DNA from: Phyllobates terribilis
Lineage: Eukaryota
Assembly (NCBI RefSeq): GCF_046119375.1
Contig: NW_027362762.1
Coordinates: 453,840,001 to 453,904,000, forward strand
DNA: 64,000 nucleotides
Direction of reading: 5' to 3'
In this document: piece by piece, positions 49,950 to 64,000 of the stretch
Numbering within the stretch: position 1 is the first letter of the stretch
How the letters are laid out: every line of letters starts with the position of its first letter
Made by a program: the position numbers and the translations under genes
The notes under the pieces: model-generated
What the model was told of the DNA's origin: nothing
What the model saw: only the letters and a program-made list of their open reading frames with translations
The model's database searches: none

Positions 49950-50087
49950 TATACTGCGCATGACTGCTAAGAAAGCACGTGATCAGAGAGGCTACGTAAG
50001 AGCACGTCCAGGAGACGTTGGCGTCACTACTTCTCGCCCTATATAAGGAGAAAGCGGAAGTCTCGCGATCTCTTCCAATCTCCCAAC

Positions 50088-50093
<6 letters not shown>
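49950..50093 (+). promoter_or_regulatory. rpl11 promoter (ribosomal-protein type)
   Basis: TGCGCA (NRF1-like) near 49955; E-box CACGTG 49976-49981; TATATAA 50040-50046; ETS/GABP CGGAAGT 50055-50061; TCT initiator CTCTTCC 50070-50076, 30 nt after the TATA; YY1-type AACATGGCG over the ATG. Confidence 0.85.
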
Positions 50094-62590
<12,497 letters not shown>

Positions 62591-62613
62591 GCTGCTTCAC
62601 TTTATACAAAGTC

Positions 62614-62619
62614 AATAAA
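62614..62619 (+). terminator. Polyadenylation signal of rpl11
   Basis: AATAAA 24 nt after the TGA. Confidence 0.85.
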
Positions 62620-63887
62620 ATTTCCACTGCAACCTTTTGTACCTGGTCTTTATTTCTTACTATAGTGTCACAAAGCAATGGTTAACTTCATGCCAAAATA
62701 CCCATCAGTCTTATGACAATCTGGACAGGCCTGTGTGGGTCACAGCACAAGTATATGGTTAAATGCCTGGACATATGCTCCACACTAAAGGATTTGGTTT
62801 CTGGTCGTATAGTGAAATATATCTGCACCCATACCCAACCCTAAGTTTGTCCATGACAATGAATCTGTGAAGGCTGCTGTGCATCACAAGGCTGGTATTC
62901 TGTAAGATATGAAGGATAATGTGCAGACATGAAGTATACTGTGGGCTGCACTGCCATTCAGTAACAGCAGCAAGCCTCCCCATGTATGCAGCAGGCCTGC
63001 TGTGCCACACAGCACACTTGGATACTCTGCACCAGTGCCCTGTCCTATTGGTTGGGCATACTGTAGGTGTTTTATACTATGCACATAATTTCAGGTAGGC
63101 TAATAAATGGTTAACAGCTGTTCTATGCCTTAAAGGGAACCTGTCACATTGTATATGCACTCTGATCTGCATACAGCATGGTATAAAGGAGATGCTGAGC
63201 AGAATGATGTTATATAGTATTGTTGGAAAAGGTTTGGCTGACCTGTAGTCATTGCCATTGTGGCTAGTGGTTGGCCACTATACTACTCTATACGAACACC
63301 AGGGATTTTGATGAATAAAAGGCAATGATGACAGAACCACTTTCCACACATTGTTCAGCTTCTGCATTGGCAGGGCACCTGCAGATCAGATACTATTTTC
63401 TGACTGCTTCCCTTTAAACAAAACATGAAATTGGTGGTAGCTTGTGGGACCCTCTACAAGATACCTGGCATCCACCATGATTCACAGGGCTGTGTCTGCC
63501 TGCAGTGCGTGCCGTATAATAGTGGTGCTTCATTCTGACCTGTACCTGGGGAACGGTACCTCATTCTCTGCTGCTCACACCATAGTAACCCCCTTCCCTG
63601 TAGGGGCTCTGGGAGCCGGTAATTGCGGGTCTCTCTGCCTGCTTGTGTCACTAGGGCAGGCAGCCTGTGTACTGGGAGCAAACGCAGCTGAGCAGCATCC
63701 ACCACAGTGCAAGCAGGGGCTCGGTGACGTGTGCCAGGAGTTTGCCAGTACTTAACATGGCGGCGCGCGGCTTGGTCCACGTCACTATCCAGCATCCGCT
63801 TCCTTCAGCCCGGATTAGCCATGGCGAGCGCTCTGTAAGGAATGTAACCAAAGGAGTCTTCCGGTCTCGCACTTGCCAGTGCTAAAG

Positions 63888-63962
63888 ATGGCAGACCCCG
63901 TGGTGGTGGAAGTTGTGGAGAAGCTGCAATCGAGACTGTCCCCTAGTGCCGAACCCAAGAAG
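63888..63962 (+). CDS. eloa: Elongin-A (TCEB3), first coding exon; gene continues beyond the window
   Basis: MADPVVVEVVEKLQSRLSPSAEPKK|GTAAGG aligns with the recalled vertebrate ELOA N-terminus (..VVEKLQARL..PDPKK); CpG island; ELOA is the known neighbour of RPL11. Confidence 0.88.
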
Positions 63963-64000
63963 GTAAGGTGGCGACCGGCAGGCTGTGAGCCGGGGGATAA

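Overview
Vertebrate genomic DNA, most likely a frog, judged from the EF-1alphaO-like gene and the MITE/DIRS/Gypsy repeat landscape. Three host genes lie on the + strand: a complete 7-exon eEF1A gene matching the Xenopus oocyte form eef1a1o (27013-30039, 461 aa), a complete 6-exon rpl11 (50088-62590, 177 aa) and coding exon 1 of eloa/TCEB3 (63888-63962). Most of the rest is nested transposons. An L1 ORF2 3' fragment was split by a solo LTR (227-1253) and by a very young full-length Gmr1-clade Gypsy element (1347-9246; PR-INT-RT-RH order; LTRs look identical). A decayed DIRS1-type element (35246-45275, minus) has ITRs, an ICR, RT/RH/MT and a tyrosine recombinase. There are also CR1, L1 and Tc1 remnants, SINEs, many TTAA-type MITEs and two minisatellites. 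The most unusual object is a 4.5-kb minus-strand LTR element inserted in the DIRS RT gene (37978-42513). It has no pol and no tRNA PBS, carries a Tf1/sushi-type self-priming signature, and encodes one 634-aa ORF: a sushi/LDOC1-like Gag capsid fused to about 5.5 copies of an unrecognised acidic 57-aa repeat, reading through the PPT and stopping in the TATA box of the 3' LTR. Other leads are PBS-like motifs inside three LTRs, an AUG-less Gmr1 gag, a five-residue replacement in RPL11, loss of eEF1A K165, uORFs ahead of eloa and a multi-arm foldback. All family assignments come from motif recognition, not database searches.
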